A stretch of 64,000 bases of DNA from Minisyncoccota bacterium (lineage in GTDB: Bacteria; Patescibacteriota; Minisyncoccia; Phycocordibacterales; UBA5272): assembly GCA_046350775.1 (NCBI GenBank), contig JAXLZS010000001.1:545838-609837 (forward strand). Direction: 5' to 3'. Below are positions 40,737 to 51,772 of this stretch, piece after piece. The notes below the pieces were generated by a model, which saw only the letters and a list, made by a program, of their open reading frames with translations, was not told the origin of the DNA and searched no databases. Positions within the stretch are counted from its first letter, which is position 1; each line of letters begins with the position of its first letter. The position numbers and the translations under genes were made by a program.

Positions 40737-43316
40737 ATGGCAAGTTCTCCTATTAAAAAAAATACAATAAAAGAAAAAAGAGATTTTTCTCCTATCAAAA
40801 AATATTTACGTGTTGTAAATTATTTATCAGCCGCACAGCTTTATCTCAAAGATAATTTCTTTTTAGAAAGAGAATTAAAAAGCGATGATATTAAAAATAG
40901 ACTACTTGGTCACTGGGGTGGAGCGACAGGTGTAAATTTTATATTAGCTCATTTAAATTTTTATTTAAAACAAAATCAAGTCAAAAATTCAAAGCTCCGA
41001 GATATTATGTTTGTGCTTGGTCCTGGACACGCTTTTCCAGCATTGCAAGCAAATTTATTCTTAGAAAAAACTCTTTCATATTATTTTGACAATAAGAATA
41101 ATTTGCAAAATAAATATTTAAAAAATATTTATGATTTTGATTTGTCTTATGACAAAGAAGGTCTTCAAAATATGATAAAAAATTTTGGCACACCTACTGG
41201 TTTTCCAACTCACGCTTCCCCAGTGACTCCTGGAGCGATACTAGAGGGTGGTGAGCTTGGATATTCTATTTCAAACGCATCAGGAGCTGTCATGGACAAC
41301 AAAGACTTGATAGCTGTCACAATTGTAGGTGATGGTGAGGCAGAGACAGCATCTCTAGCTACCAGCTGGCATGCATCTAAATTTATAAATAGTAAAGAAA
41401 ATGGAGTCGTACTGCCAATTCTTAATTTAAATGGATACAAGATCTCTGGTCCTACTATATTTGGTCGTATGAGTGATGATGAATTAAAAAGCCTTTTTAT
41501 TGGGCTTGGATATGAGCCACATATACTGGACGCTCGCAGTGATACAAATATTTTTGCTAACAAAGACAATCATAATCTCGAAAAAGACAATGTGCATATA
41601 TTGATGCAAGATATTTTAGATAAATCTTTTTCTAAAATATTGGAGATGAAAAAGACTGGCTCTACAAAAGGATTGCCAATGATTATTTTAAAAAGCGACA
41701 AAGGCTGGACAGGCCCAAAAATATTTAGAAAAATAAAAATAGAAGGAAATTGTGAGGCTCATCAAGTACCTTTTGCGAATTGTAAAGATGATAAAGAAGA
41801 ATTGAGAGTCCTCGAAGAGTGGCTACGAAGCTACAATATACAAGAATTGTTTTTAGAGAAGCCTGTCACAGCTGATAAAATTTTAAAGAAAAGACTAAAA
41901 GGTGAAGACTCTTTATTTGTGGAAGACATAGAAAATATGATACCTGAAAAGATGTGGAGACTCGGTATGAATTTACATGTTCAACAAAATGGCAAAGGTA
42001 GATTGAAAGAGCTAAAGTTGCCAGATCTCACAAAAGTCTTTAAAAATTCTATATTGAATTCCAATAAAGATTGGAGTAAACATTCACCAATGGATCTCAC
42101 CGGAGAATATTTAAAAGAAGTTTTTAAGTTAAATGAATCTACAAGAAATTTTAGATTTTTCTCTCCTGATGAGACATATTCAAATAAATTGAATTCTATA
42201 TTTGAAGAAGAATCTAGGGGCTGGACACAAGAGATAAAATCTTGGGATAAAGATCTATCTAAAAATGGTAGAGTGATAGAAATGCTCTCAGAAAATACTT
42301 TGGTAGGAATGATGATGGGATATATTTTGACTGGTAGACATGCATTTTTTGCGTCTTATGAGGCCTTCGTGCAAGTAGTAGCATCTATGGTTGATCAGTA
42401 TTTGAAGTTTTTACGCATAGCTCAAGAAGTGAATTGGCGTGGAGATGTTGGTGGGTTTAATATTATTTTGACTTCTCCTGGCTGGCTACAAGAGCATAAT
42501 GGGTACTCGCATCAAAATCCAGGATTTATAGATGATATGCTAATTAGAAATTCTAATTTAGTTGATATATATTTTCCAATCGATGCTGTAGCTACAGGAT
42601 TTGCACTTGAAGCCATGTGTAGATCGAAAAATAAGATAAATATATTGTGTGCTGGCAAAGATGATGCGAGACCAATATTTTTAGGAGAAATTGAAGCGAA
42701 AATAAATATGAGAGACGGTATGAGTTTTTTGAAAAACTATTCTGACAAACTAAAAGACAAAGAAAAATATGATTTGATAGTGTGTGGAGTGGGAGATTAT
42801 TTATCTTTAGAAGGTATAGCTGGTATCGATTTTATAAATCAAATATTTGATAGATCTGGTCTAAAATCTGAAAGAAAGAAAATTAATATTGGATTTTTAA
42901 ATATTTCAAAACTCACTAGTGCTGCACCAGACAGTAAAGATAGAAATAAATTTATTAAAAAATTGTCAGAATTGGTAGGGAACTCAAAAATCTTTGCTAA
43001 TTTTCATGGACATCCACAGACTCTAGAAAGATTCTTTTATGAAGCCGGAATTGAAAAAAGTAATTCTGAAGTGCGTGGATACATAGAAAGAGGTGGTATC
43101 ACTACACTTCTTGATATGCATATCTTAAACAAGACCAGTCGCTATCATGTGGCTAGCTGGATTACTGAAAGTCTTTTTGGGATAAAAAAGATAGACAAGA
43201 TGACTCGGGATTTCATTCAAAAAGAAATAAGAAGAGAAATGATGAGGGAAAAGTCATATATAAATCAAAATTTTAAAGATAGTGAGAAAATAAAAAATTG
43301 GGAATTTAATAAATAA
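40737..43316 (+). CDS. xfp: Phosphoketolase (XFP family)
   Basis: LLGHWG, GPGH, EGGELGY, GDGEAET (TPP motif), LNGYKI, SYEAF, HNGYSHQNPG. Confidence 0.93.
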   Translation: MASSPIKKNTIKEKRDFSPIKKYLRVVNYLSAAQLYLKDNFFLERELKSDDIKNRLLGHWGGATGVNFILAHLNFYLKQNQVKNSKLRDIMFVLGPGHAFPALQANLFLEKTLSYYFDNKNNLQNKYLKNIYDFDLSYDKEGLQNMIKNFGTPTGFPTHASPVTPGAILEGGELGYSISNASGAVMDNKDLIAVTIVGDGEAETASLATSWHASKFINSKENGVVLPILNLNGYKISGPTIFGRMSDDELKSLFIGLGYEPHILDARSDTNIFANKDNHNLEKDNVHILMQDILDKSFSKILEMKKTGSTKGLPMIILKSDKGWTGPKIFRKIKIEGNCEAHQVPFANCKDDKEELRVLEEWLRSYNIQELFLEKPVTADKILKKRLKGEDSLFVEDIENMIPEKMWRLGMNLHVQQNGKGRLKELKLPDLTKVFKNSILNSNKDWSKHSPMDLTGEYLKEVFKLNESTRNFRFFSPDETYSNKLNSIFEEESRGWTQEIKSWDKDLSKNGRVIEMLSENTLVGMMMGYILTGRHAFFASYEAFVQVVASMVDQYLKFLRIAQEVNWRGDVGGFNIILTSPGWLQEHNGYSHQNPGFIDDMLIRNSNLVDIYFPIDAVATGFALEAMCRSKNKINILCAGKDDARPIFLGEIEAKINMRDGMSFLKNYSDKLKDKEKYDLIVCGVGDYLSLEGIAGIDFINQIFDRSGLKSERKKINIGFLNISKLTSAAPDSKDRNKFIKKLSELVGNSKIFANFHGHPQTLERFFYEAGIEKSNSEVRGYIERGGITTLLDMHILNKTSRYHVASWITESLFGIKKIDKMTRDFIQKEIRREMMREKSYINQNFKDSEKIKNWEFNK

Positions 43317-43320
43317 AATT

Positions 43321-44472
43321 ATGAAAAAAAATGCTTCTCAAAAAATAATTTTAGTTTCAAATATCGGATCTGCTTCTAGAAAGTATTTTGTTTATAGTGT
43401 ATCTGGCTCTGATAAAAAAATAAAAGAGCTATTTAATATTCAGTTTGATGAAAAAGAATTCTATCCAAACATAAAATTGGAGGATGCTATTTTAGAATTT
43501 TTTGAAATAGCGAAAGAGAAATATGATCTAAAGATTGGAGACATCGATATTATCGCAGAGAGAGTGGTGGCTGTCGGGGAGTATTTTTTAGAAAATAGAC
43601 TAATAGATAAAAAATATTTTGAAGAATTGGAAAAAGCTAAAAAGTATGACGTACTCCACACCGAGAGCCTGATCAAAGAACTAGAAAAGCTCTTTCTAAT
43701 AAGAGAAGTTTGTTTTAAAAAGAAAATCAAATGTAAATTCAAGGTAGTCGGAATATCAGATTCTGAGTTTTATAATTCTATAGCAGAAGAGACTTATGCT
43801 TACGCTATAAAAGATTTTAAACCAGATCATAATTTTAGAAAATATGGATATCATGGCATCTCAATGAGTGAGGTCAATAATGTTGTTGGTAAAAAATATA
43901 AAAAGATTATAGCTGTACATCTTGGCGGCGGGGGATCTGTCACTGCGATAGAAAATAAAAAGGCGATATTTAATTCTTTTGGAATGACGCCGGTCTCGGG
44001 ATTGGTTAGTCTCACTAGAACAGGAGATCTTGATCCTTTTGTAGTTTTACATATTTATAATAAAAACAAAAAAAGCTTTTCTTTATTAGACAGTGGCGAT
44101 TACGCTTTTGATAAGACTAAAGAAGATATTTATGAGAAGTCTGGACTCTTTGCTCTGACTGGAGAAAAGGACATGAGGGATATTTTGATAAATCTTAATT
44201 CAAAAAATAAGATCGTAAAAGCGAAAAATACTTTTGCTATAGATGTCTATATAAATAGAATTAACGAATATGTGGGTTCTGCCTATGCTCATCTTAGTGG
44301 CTGCCAAGCTCTTGTCCTTACTGGATCAATATTAGAAAAATCAGAAATATTTAGAGAAAAATTGCTAAAAAAGGTATCTTGGCTTAATTTAAAAGAAAAA
44401 GATATTTTAATATTAAAAACTGAAGAAGAAAAGGAAATCGTCAGACTTCTAATAAAGGGTAAATTTATATAG
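43321..44472 (+). CDS. ackA: Acetate kinase (divergent)
   Basis: N.GS.S.K, RVV, RKYGYHG.S, HLG.G.S, GMTP..G...TRTGD.DP, T.EE; adjacent to xfp. Confidence 0.85.
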   Translation: MKKNASQKIILVSNIGSASRKYFVYSVSGSDKKIKELFNIQFDEKEFYPNIKLEDAILEFFEIAKEKYDLKIGDIDIIAERVVAVGEYFLENRLIDKKYFEELEKAKKYDVLHTESLIKELEKLFLIREVCFKKKIKCKFKVVGISDSEFYNSIAEETYAYAIKDFKPDHNFRKYGYHGISMSEVNNVVGKKYKKIIAVHLGGGGSVTAIENKKAIFNSFGMTPVSGLVSLTRTGDLDPFVVLHIYNKNKKSFSLLDSGDYAFDKTKEDIYEKSGLFALTGEKDMRDILINLNSKNKIVKAKNTFAIDVYINRINEYVGSAYAHLSGCQALVLTGSILEKSEIFREKLLKKVSWLNLKEKDILILKTEEEKEIVRLLIKGKFI

Positions 44473-44584
44473 CTCTTTGTTTTTTATAGTTATTTTTGCT
44501 ATAATTCGAGTAATAAAATATATTTTAGTCTCTTGACTAAAATTGTTATTTATTTATTAAAAATTAGGGATTATTATCTAAATT

Positions 44585-45964
44585 ATGAAAGAAAAATATT
44601 TAACTTATCGTGTTATAGCTGTATGGCTATTTGTTTTAGCTGGAGCCGTGTGGTTTTTATTGGCTTATAAGACTCCAGCTTTCAAGTACGGTCTTGATCT
44701 TAATGGCGGCACCTCTCTTATATATGTTGCAGATCTTTCAAAGATTGAGCAAGCAAATCAATTAGCAATGAGTGCCTCTAGTACAGTCTCTACTACTACA
44801 GGAAAAGTTGTCGAAACTGTAGAAAATTCAAAGTTAAATATTGAAGATAGTATGAACGGCCTTCGTGATGTGATAGAAAAGAGAATAAATGTCTTTGGTG
44901 TGTCAGAGCCAATTATAAGAACAGAATATTCACAATATACTGGTGAGCATAGGCTGGTCGTAGAGTTGCCAGGTATTACTGATATAAATAAAGCCATCTC
45001 AACTATCGGAGATACTCCTACATTAGAATTTAAATTGGTAAATATCGAGACCGCGGCAGACGGATCTACTTCTACAAAGTTGATAGATACAGGATTGAAT
45101 GGAAATTATTTAAAAAAATCAATTTTAAGTTTTGATTCTTATACCAATAAGCCTCAAGTGGTAGTGAGTTTTAATGATGAGGGAGCGAAGATGTTTTTAG
45201 ATATTACTGCTAATAATATTGGCAAGCAAATGGCTATCTACCTTGATGGTAATGTAGTATCGTCTCCTATAATTCAAGAAAAAATTGCCGGTGGACAAGC
45301 TACAATCTCTGGAAACTTTACCACAGATGAAGCAAAGACACTCGTGACAAGACTTAATTCCGGAGCTCTTCCTGTGCCTATAAAGCTTGCATCATCGCAA
45401 GTAGTAGTCGCTACTCTTGGAGATCAAGCAAAAGCGCAAGGTTTATTAGCTGGAGAAATTGGTCTCGTTGTCATTATTTTGCTTATGATCCTTTGGTATA
45501 GGTTGCCAGGATTTATAGCTTCTATTTCTTTGCTTGCTTATGTTGGTATAGTTTTGATTTTGTTTAAGACCATGCCTGTAGTTTTGACTGCTGCTGGTAT
45601 TGCTGGCTTTATCATTTCTATCGGAGTAGCAATAGATGCAAATATATTAATCTTTGAAAGATTGAAAGAAGAAATTAGAAGGGGTAAAAATATTGCCGAT
45701 GCTGTAGAAGAGGCATTTTCTAGAGCCTGGACTTCTATTCGTGATTCAAATATCGCTTCGATACTTGTGGCTTGGACACTATTTTACTTCGGATCTTCAC
45801 TTTTAGCCGGATTTGGATTGGTGTTTGGTATCGGTGTCGTAGTGTCTATGATCTCAGCTATGTTTATATCAAAGTATTTCTTGAGAGCTGTGGTGCCAAC
45901 AGATACAAATGGTAAATATTATAAGGTTATGAAATTTTTATTCATGTCAGGATTTAGTAAATAA
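44585..45964 (+). CDS. secD: Protein translocase subunit SecD
   Basis: GLDL.GG, RIN.FGVSEP, L.SGALP.P, G.AIDANILIFER.KEE. Confidence 0.97.
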   Translation: MKEKYLTYRVIAVWLFVLAGAVWFLLAYKTPAFKYGLDLNGGTSLIYVADLSKIEQANQLAMSASSTVSTTTGKVVETVENSKLNIEDSMNGLRDVIEKRINVFGVSEPIIRTEYSQYTGEHRLVVELPGITDINKAISTIGDTPTLEFKLVNIETAADGSTSTKLIDTGLNGNYLKKSILSFDSYTNKPQVVVSFNDEGAKMFLDITANNIGKQMAIYLDGNVVSSPIIQEKIAGGQATISGNFTTDEAKTLVTRLNSGALPVPIKLASSQVVVATLGDQAKAQGLLAGEIGLVVIILLMILWYRLPGFIASISLLAYVGIVLILFKTMPVVLTAAGIAGFIISIGVAIDANILIFERLKEEIRRGKNIADAVEEAFSRAWTSIRDSNIASILVAWTLFYFGSSLLAGFGLVFGIGVVVSMISAMFISKYFLRAVVPTDTNGKYYKVMKFLFMSGFSK

Positions 45965-45972
45965 AGAAATAT

Positions 45973-46914
45973 ATGTTTATAATCAAATACAAATGGATAT
46001 TTTTAACAATCAGTGCAGTTTTGGTTTTTGGTTCTATCTTTTTAATAAGTACCAAAGGTATCAAAAAAAGTATAGATTTCACTGGTGGTACAGAGGTGGT
46101 GATATCTTATAATGGGTACACTTCTACCGCCGAAGGTAAAATTGATTTAAATTTTATAAAAGAAAATTTAGTAAAAAATAATTTTTCTGTAAAAGATATT
46201 TCTCTTCAAAAAATTAATACAGACGGTAGTGCGTTAGTCGATATTAAATTGGTGGGCGAATTATCTAATAATGATAGACAGAATTTTGAAAATGCTTGGA
46301 GCTTTAATCATGATGGACATTATGATGCAAAGCAAGTATCTGAGACTATTATTGGTCCGTCAATTGGAAAGGAGCTTACTCAAAAAGCCATTCTTTCTGT
46401 GATATTTGTGGCTCTTATCATAATCTTATTTATAGCTTTCTCATTTAGACATGTGTCAAAGCCTGTGGCTAGCTGGAAGTTTGGACTTATTGCTATTGTC
46501 ACCCTTTTGCATGACGTAGCTATACCTACAGGTATGTATGCTTTGCTTGGAGAGAGAAATGGAGCAGAGGTGGATTCTTTATTCGTTATCGCTCTTCTCA
46601 CCATCATGGGCATTTCTATTGCTGACACTATAGTAGTTTTTGATCGTATTCGTGAAAATTTGAAGAATAGAAAATCAAATGAAACCTTTCAGGAAATAGT
46701 AGGAAATTCATTAAGCCAAACTTTACTTCGCTCATTCAATACTTCTTTTGCTGTAATATTGGTACTTGTATCATTATTTTATTTCGGTCCAGCTTCAATT
46801 CATAATTTTGCTTTGACTTTGATTGTGGGAATGATAGTGGGTACATATTCATCAATATTCGTTGCTTCACCATTACTTGTCTTGGTTGAAAAATGGCAAA
46901 GAAAAAGTAGGTAA
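45973..46914 (+). CDS. secF: Protein translocase subunit SecF
   Basis: IDFTGG, GPSIG.EL, LLHD, DTIVVFDRIREN, GTYSSIF.ASP. Confidence 0.97.
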   Translation: MFIIKYKWIFLTISAVLVFGSIFLISTKGIKKSIDFTGGTEVVISYNGYTSTAEGKIDLNFIKENLVKNNFSVKDISLQKINTDGSALVDIKLVGELSNNDRQNFENAWSFNHDGHYDAKQVSETIIGPSIGKELTQKAILSVIFVALIIILFIAFSFRHVSKPVASWKFGLIAIVTLLHDVAIPTGMYALLGERNGAEVDSLFVIALLTIMGISIADTIVVFDRIRENLKNRKSNETFQEIVGNSLSQTLLRSFNTSFAVILVLVSLFYFGPASIHNFALTLIVGMIVGTYSSIFVASPLLVLVEKWQRKSR

Positions 46915-46917
46915 TCA

Positions 46918-46956
46918 AAACAAAAACTCGATAATTTTATCGAGTTTTTGTTTATT
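46918..46956 (+). terminator. Intrinsic terminator after secF
   Basis: CAAAAACTCGATAA-TT-TTATCGAGTTTTTG. Confidence 0.75.
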
Positions 46957-46985
46957 TAAAAATGTTATAATTTATATATAAATAT

Positions 46986-47390
46986 ATGAAAAATAATTTT
47001 AAAATAATTTTAGTTATCTTATTTCTTTTAATTGTATGTCTAGGAGGGTCTTATTTTTATAATAGGTTCTATGCCAATAAAAATGTACCAAAGATAGGAA
47101 TTGGAGAGTCATTTTCTCTTGGAAAAGATCAAAAGATTCTTACTACAGATAATGGTAATGTAGTACTCGTTGAATTTAAGGGTATTCAAAGTATCGGAGG
47201 TGGCAGTGGAATATTTGTATATTTTAACAATAAACGAATAGAATTAAGTCATTGCCCTAATCCATCTTTAGGTCCAGCAGCTTGTGATTATAATATGAAA
47301 ATTTTATCAGATTATGGATATGATTTAAAAGATATATCAGTTGATGGTGACAATAATAATCTTATTGCAAAAATTGAAAAGATAAATTAG
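46986..47390 (+). CDS. Hypothetical membrane-anchored protein
   Basis: N-terminal TM segment and a Cys pair. Confidence 0.65.
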   Translation: MKNNFKIILVILFLLIVCLGGSYFYNRFYANKNVPKIGIGESFSLGKDQKILTTDNGNVVLVEFKGIQSIGGGSGIFVYFNNKRIELSHCPNPSLGPAACDYNMKILSDYGYDLKDISVDGDNNNLIAKIEKIN

Positions 47391-47403
47391 TTATATTAAT
47401 TAG

Positions 47404-48081
47404 CTAGACTATTTTTCCATCGTCGAGAGTTATAACTCTATCTACGATTTTTCTATATTCATCTTCGTGTGTCACCATCACAATTGTTAGACCTTTTTCT
47501 TTATTTAATTTTTTAAATATATCTATGACTGTATTTGAGTTGGTATGGTCGAGATTGGCTGTAGGCTCATCAGCAAAAAGTATTTTAGGGTTATGAACAA
47601 CAGCTCTAGCGATACTGACACGTTGCTGCTCACCACCAGAAAGTTGAGCTGGAGTATTATCTGTCTTGTCAGCCAGTCCTACAGCAGACAAAGATTCTTT
47701 AGCTTTTTCAAAAGCTTCTTTTTTTGAATATCCTTTCATCAAAAGTACAATAGCCACATTTTCTATAGCGTTGAGATCGTTCATGAGGGAGTAATCTTGA
47801 AATACATATCCTAGCTCATTAAGTCTGAAATTAGTCCTCTCTTCTTGACTCATATTGTGAGTATCTACCCCATCCAAAAATATTTCTCCACTTGTTGGCT
47901 CATCTAGTAATGATAACTGATACATAGCAGTACTCTTTCCGGCTCCAGATCTACCCATGATGGCTACAAATTCACCCTTTTCTATTTCTAGTGATACGCC
48001 TTTTAAAACTGTAGTTATTTTATTTCCATCTTTAAAACTTTTTATAATATCTTTACCAATTATCATTTTGTTAGTTTTCAT
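47404..48081 (-). CDS. ABC transporter ATP-binding protein (LolD/MacB type)
   Basis: GRSGAGKST, LSGGEQQRV.IARA, FADEPTANLD, VTH. Confidence 0.95.
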   Translation of the reverse strand: MKTNKMIIGKDIIKSFKDGNKITTVLKGVSLEIEKGEFVAIMGRSGAGKSTAMYQLSLLDEPTSGEIFLDGVDTHNMSQEERTNFRLNELGYVFQDYSLMNDLNAIENVAIVLLMKGYSKKEAFEKAKESLSAVGLADKTDNTPAQLSGGEQQRVSIARAVVHNPKILFADEPTANLDHTNSNTVIDIFKKLNKEKGLTIVMVTHEDEYRKIVDRVITLDDGKIV

Positions 48082-48098
48082 ATTTTTCTTTATTTTTT

Positions 48099-49376
48099 TT
48101 ATCTTCCCAATATTGCGTCCAGAGTATTTCTTTTTACGACCATTCTGGCTGGTATGTATCCAGCAATTAAAGATATGATTATCAGTACAAAGACTTTTGT
48201 CAGTGTGCTACCAATCTCGACCACCAATATGCCATCAGAGAAAGGAAAATCTATAGGATTTGCATCAATAGCTGGTTTTATCAAAAAGAATACTATGATT
48301 AGTCCGATGATACATCCTATAGTAGCGTAGATTATAGCTTGAAATATATATGAAAACTCTATAGCAAAGCTATTTATGCCAATACCTTTTAATATTCCGA
48401 TTTGCTTTCTTCTGGTGATAGCGTTTATAAATACCACAATAAATAATGTGATGGCGGCCACAAATATGCCGATAGATCCAAACATGGTCCCCATGAGATC
48501 AAATAATTGCTTCATTTGTATTACGAATGCAGGTGTACCCTCTTCAAAAGTTTGAATTTTAGCATATTGGTCAAAACCATTTGCTACAAGAGTAGCTTTT
48601 ACCTCTCTAGGATCAACATCTTTTTTTAATCTCACAGCGATCATCGAGACATCTTGAGGTAAAAGATTAGCTAGTCTTCTTAATTCTGAATCTACCATAA
48701 ATACTTTCGATCCGACTTCTTGATTTTTTATCACTATGACACCTTTTACTGTGTATTCATTAGTACTGCTTCCAATTTGAATTCTGACTTTTGCTCCAGG
48801 TTCCACATCTCTTAATAATGTCTCATCGACATCTGAGACTACCGAATATTTTTTGACAATCTCTTTTCCAAGTAAGACATATTTGGAAGCGTCATCTCTT
48901 GTTAAAAATTCTCCTTCTTTTATATTTTCAGAAAGATTGGTCGTAGCATCTTCTTTATCAGGATCAATACCAGCAAATTGTACATTTCTTTTATTTGGAA
49001 TATCATTTGAGGACAATGTTTTCCAATTTGCTTCTACAGATCCTGCAGCTTGATATCTGTAAGAAAATCCAGCAATTCTGTCATCATTTTTTAGTATGTT
49101 TATTATGTTTTCAGTATTTTGGACTATGCTCTTTTTGTCGAGAGGGGAAATTATCACATCGCCAAGAGATTTTTCTCTAAAAGATTTTATACTACCTTGA
49201 ATCAGGCCACTCATGACCCCGGATACCACTACTAGATTTAAAAATGTTATGACCATGATGAAAATGATGAGACCAGTCATCCACTTGTTGCTTCTTTTTA
49301 TAGAAGAAAAAGCTAAAAATATTCCTACTCTTATAGAATTAAAAAATGAATTAAAATTTTTAAAGATAAGATTCAT
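48099..49376 (-). CDS. ABC transporter permease (FtsX/MacB/LolC family)
   Basis: 1+3 TM topology; R.KQIGILK.IG; GYIPAR. Confidence 0.9.
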   Translation of the reverse strand: MNLIFKNFNSFFNSIRVGIFLAFSSIKRSNKWMTGLIIFIMVITFLNLVVVSGVMSGLIQGSIKSFREKSLGDVIISPLDKKSIVQNTENIINILKNDDRIAGFSYRYQAAGSVEANWKTLSSNDIPNKRNVQFAGIDPDKEDATTNLSENIKEGEFLTRDDASKYVLLGKEIVKKYSVVSDVDETLLRDVEPGAKVRIQIGSSTNEYTVKGVIVIKNQEVGSKVFMVDSELRRLANLLPQDVSMIAVRLKKDVDPREVKATLVANGFDQYAKIQTFEEGTPAFVIQMKQLFDLMGTMFGSIGIFVAAITLFIVVFINAITRRKQIGILKGIGINSFAIEFSYIFQAIIYATIGCIIGLIIVFFLIKPAIDANPIDFPFSDGILVVEIGSTLTKVFVLIIISLIAGYIPARMVVKRNTLDAILGR

Positions 49377-49385
49377 AAATATTTT

Positions 49386-51092
49386 TTATTTTGTACTAGT
49401 AGCCGTCAAGACTTCTGATCCGACTCCAAACAATTTATCGTTGGCGTTGATACCAGACAATACTTCTATTGCTCCATCAGCTCCTCTTATACCTATCTCA
49501 ATATTTCTGATTTCAATATTTGGATCAGAGTCGCTGGTTGTGGTCTTTTTTATTTTATTTATATCTTTTATAACTTTGACTGTAGCTATACCATTTTTTA
49601 TTAGGACGAATTTATTTGACACATAATTGGCATTTTCTTTTGTGCTGGTATTTATTTCTGCAGTCGCGTTCATGCCGGACTTTATTCTTGGGTCATTGTT
49701 TAAGAAATTTATTTTTGCATAATAATTTGAGACTCCGTTTACAGCTGTGGCTGCAGGATCTACTTGTGATACTACTCCATCAAACTCTACACCATCTCCA
49801 TAGGTGTCCAGAGTTATCTTTACTTTATCTCCCACTTTAACTTTTACTACATCAATTTCTGTAAGCTTAGCTTTAATTTCAAAATTTCCATCAGATATCA
49901 TTTTTATAGCTGGTATATTTGGAGAGGATATTTCTCCAAGATTCAGATTTACTTCTGTTATCACTCCAGAAAATGGAGCTATTAAATAATTTTTACCATT
50001 ATTACTCTCAGCTGACAAAAGATTTGCTCTAGCATAGTCTACTTGAGCTGTTAAGGATTTTATTTTTTCTTGACTAGCTCCAGCTTTTAATTGGTTTAGA
50101 GACAATACACTAGAAGAATATGCGTTTCTGTAGCTTGTAATTTGAGATTTAGAAGTATTGATTGTAGAAATTGTAGAGGCAATAGTAGTCTTTAGTAGAG
50201 ATATTGTAGCTCTTTCATCATTTAGACCTGTGTCAGAAATAGTGCAGGGATAGGTCAAGATACTAGAAAGATCGTCTATTAGATTTGAGACATTTTTAGC
50301 TGATAGTGATGCAAGATTTTGAGCTTGATCTATGTTTTGATTATCTGTATTTTCATCTTGAGTTAAATAAAAAGATGACGATAGTGATGAAAGATCTGAA
50401 ATATTTTTGTCTATACTTTTTCTTTCTATTTCTATTTGTGAAGAAAAGTTCTGATCACATCCACCGTAATTTAATCTATAAAACCCAGAATTGTCGGTAA
50501 AAAATCCACCCAATTTATTTTTTACTATATCATTTAGGCTAGAGTTCACATTTCTCAAAGTGTCTTGTACGGCATTATTTGCGTTTGCAAGATTTGCTTT
50601 TGCGGCTGAGACAGCGTCTTCTTTTAGTTTGAGATCTGATTCACTAGGACCCTTTTTTACATCTTCAAGATTGGCTTCGGCTTGAGAAAGATTTGCTTTG
50701 GCAGATAAGACAGATGCATAATCTGCTCCGTTTGAAAGGTTTGCCATTACTTGGCCCATATTGACCTTGTCTCCCACTTTCACATTTATGTTTTGTATTT
50801 TTCCAGATTTTTCAAAAGACAATGATGATTCTTGGCTTGGCTCTACAGATCCTGATACTGTCACAACTTCTTTTATGGTACCAGTTTTCAATTCTCCTAT
50901 AGCTATAGTAGTATTGTCTCCAGAAAATATTTTCCAGATTATTATGATTATTACTAGTAGTGAGACTAATGATTTTTTAAAGTGATTTTGATAAATATTT
51001 TTGAAGAAGTTTTTTATTTTAGACATATCTTTCTTATCTTTCTTAATTTTAGTAAATAATTTTATAAAAGCAGACCAAACTGCCGAATACAT
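49386..51092 (-). CDS. Efflux adaptor / membrane-fusion protein (MacA/HlyD family)
   Basis: LSF..SG.I..INVKVGD.V..GQ, long coiled coil, LIAPF.G.I, GMNA. The start may be at 51026. Confidence 0.88.
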   Translation of the reverse strand: MYSAVWSAFIKLFTKIKKDKKDMSKIKNFFKNIYQNHFKKSLVSLLVIIIIIWKIFSGDNTTIAIGELKTGTIKEVVTVSGSVEPSQESSLSFEKSGKIQNINVKVGDKVNMGQVMANLSNGADYASVLSAKANLSQAEANLEDVKKGPSESDLKLKEDAVSAAKANLANANNAVQDTLRNVNSSLNDIVKNKLGGFFTDNSGFYRLNYGGCDQNFSSQIEIERKSIDKNISDLSSLSSSFYLTQDENTDNQNIDQAQNLASLSAKNVSNLIDDLSSILTYPCTISDTGLNDERATISLLKTTIASTISTINTSKSQITSYRNAYSSSVLSLNQLKAGASQEKIKSLTAQVDYARANLLSAESNNGKNYLIAPFSGVITEVNLNLGEISSPNIPAIKMISDGNFEIKAKLTEIDVVKVKVGDKVKITLDTYGDGVEFDGVVSQVDPAATAVNGVSNYYAKINFLNNDPRIKSGMNATAEINTSTKENANYVSNKFVLIKNGIATVKVIKDINKIKKTTTSDSDPNIEIRNIEIGIRGADGAIEVLSGINANDKLFGVGSEVLTATSTK

Positions 51093-51174
51093 ATCAATTT
51101 TAACATATAAAAAGTCTTCTCCCTAAAAATATCAGCATTGTGATATAATTATTTTTATAATAAAAAATAAAATT

Positions 51175-51738
51175 ATGTCCGATCCAAAATTAGTTGTTTT
51201 GCAGTTTTTAAATCATTATATGCCAATACTAACATTGATTGGCTTTATTTTACTGGTAGTGATTTATTTACATCATTTTCATTTTCATTTAACTAAAAAA
51301 GAGTCAAAAATTTTAAATAAGATTTCTGATCTGGCTTTACCTTTAGGATTTTTGGCTTCACTTTTTGCGACTCTTATTTCTTTGATTTATTCTGATTATC
51401 TTGATCAAGCGGCCTGTGGACTTTGTTGGTTTCAAAGAGTCTTTATTTATTCTCAATTAGTACTTTTTGCAGTTGCTTATATTAAAAATGATTTAAAGAT
51501 ATTTCAATACACTTTTTGGCTGTCAGCGGTCGGTGGTCTTATAGCTATTTATCACGAGTATCTCCAGCTCGGCTACTCAGAGCTCATTCCTTGTCCTGCG
51601 GTAGCGTCACTCGTTGATTGTGCTAAGCCAACATTTATAGCTTTTGGATTTGTCACATTTCCATTCATGAGTATCACTCTCTTTTTGTTCTTGATTTTAC
51701 TTGCTATAGCAGTCAGATATCACAGAAAGGAGAAATAA
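51175..51738 (+). CDS. dsbB: Disulfide bond formation protein B
   Basis: Membrane protein with ACGLCWFQR, a second Cys pair (IPC...DC) and FGFVT.P.M. Confidence 0.88.
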   Translation: MSDPKLVVLQFLNHYMPILTLIGFILLVVIYLHHFHFHLTKKESKILNKISDLALPLGFLASLFATLISLIYSDYLDQAACGLCWFQRVFIYSQLVLFAVAYIKNDLKIFQYTFWLSAVGGLIAIYHEYLQLGYSELIPCPAVASLVDCAKPTFIAFGFVTFPFMSITLFLFLILLAIAVRYHRKEK

Positions 51739-51772
51739 AAATTGTTGAATTGTATATTTATATTAGAATAAT

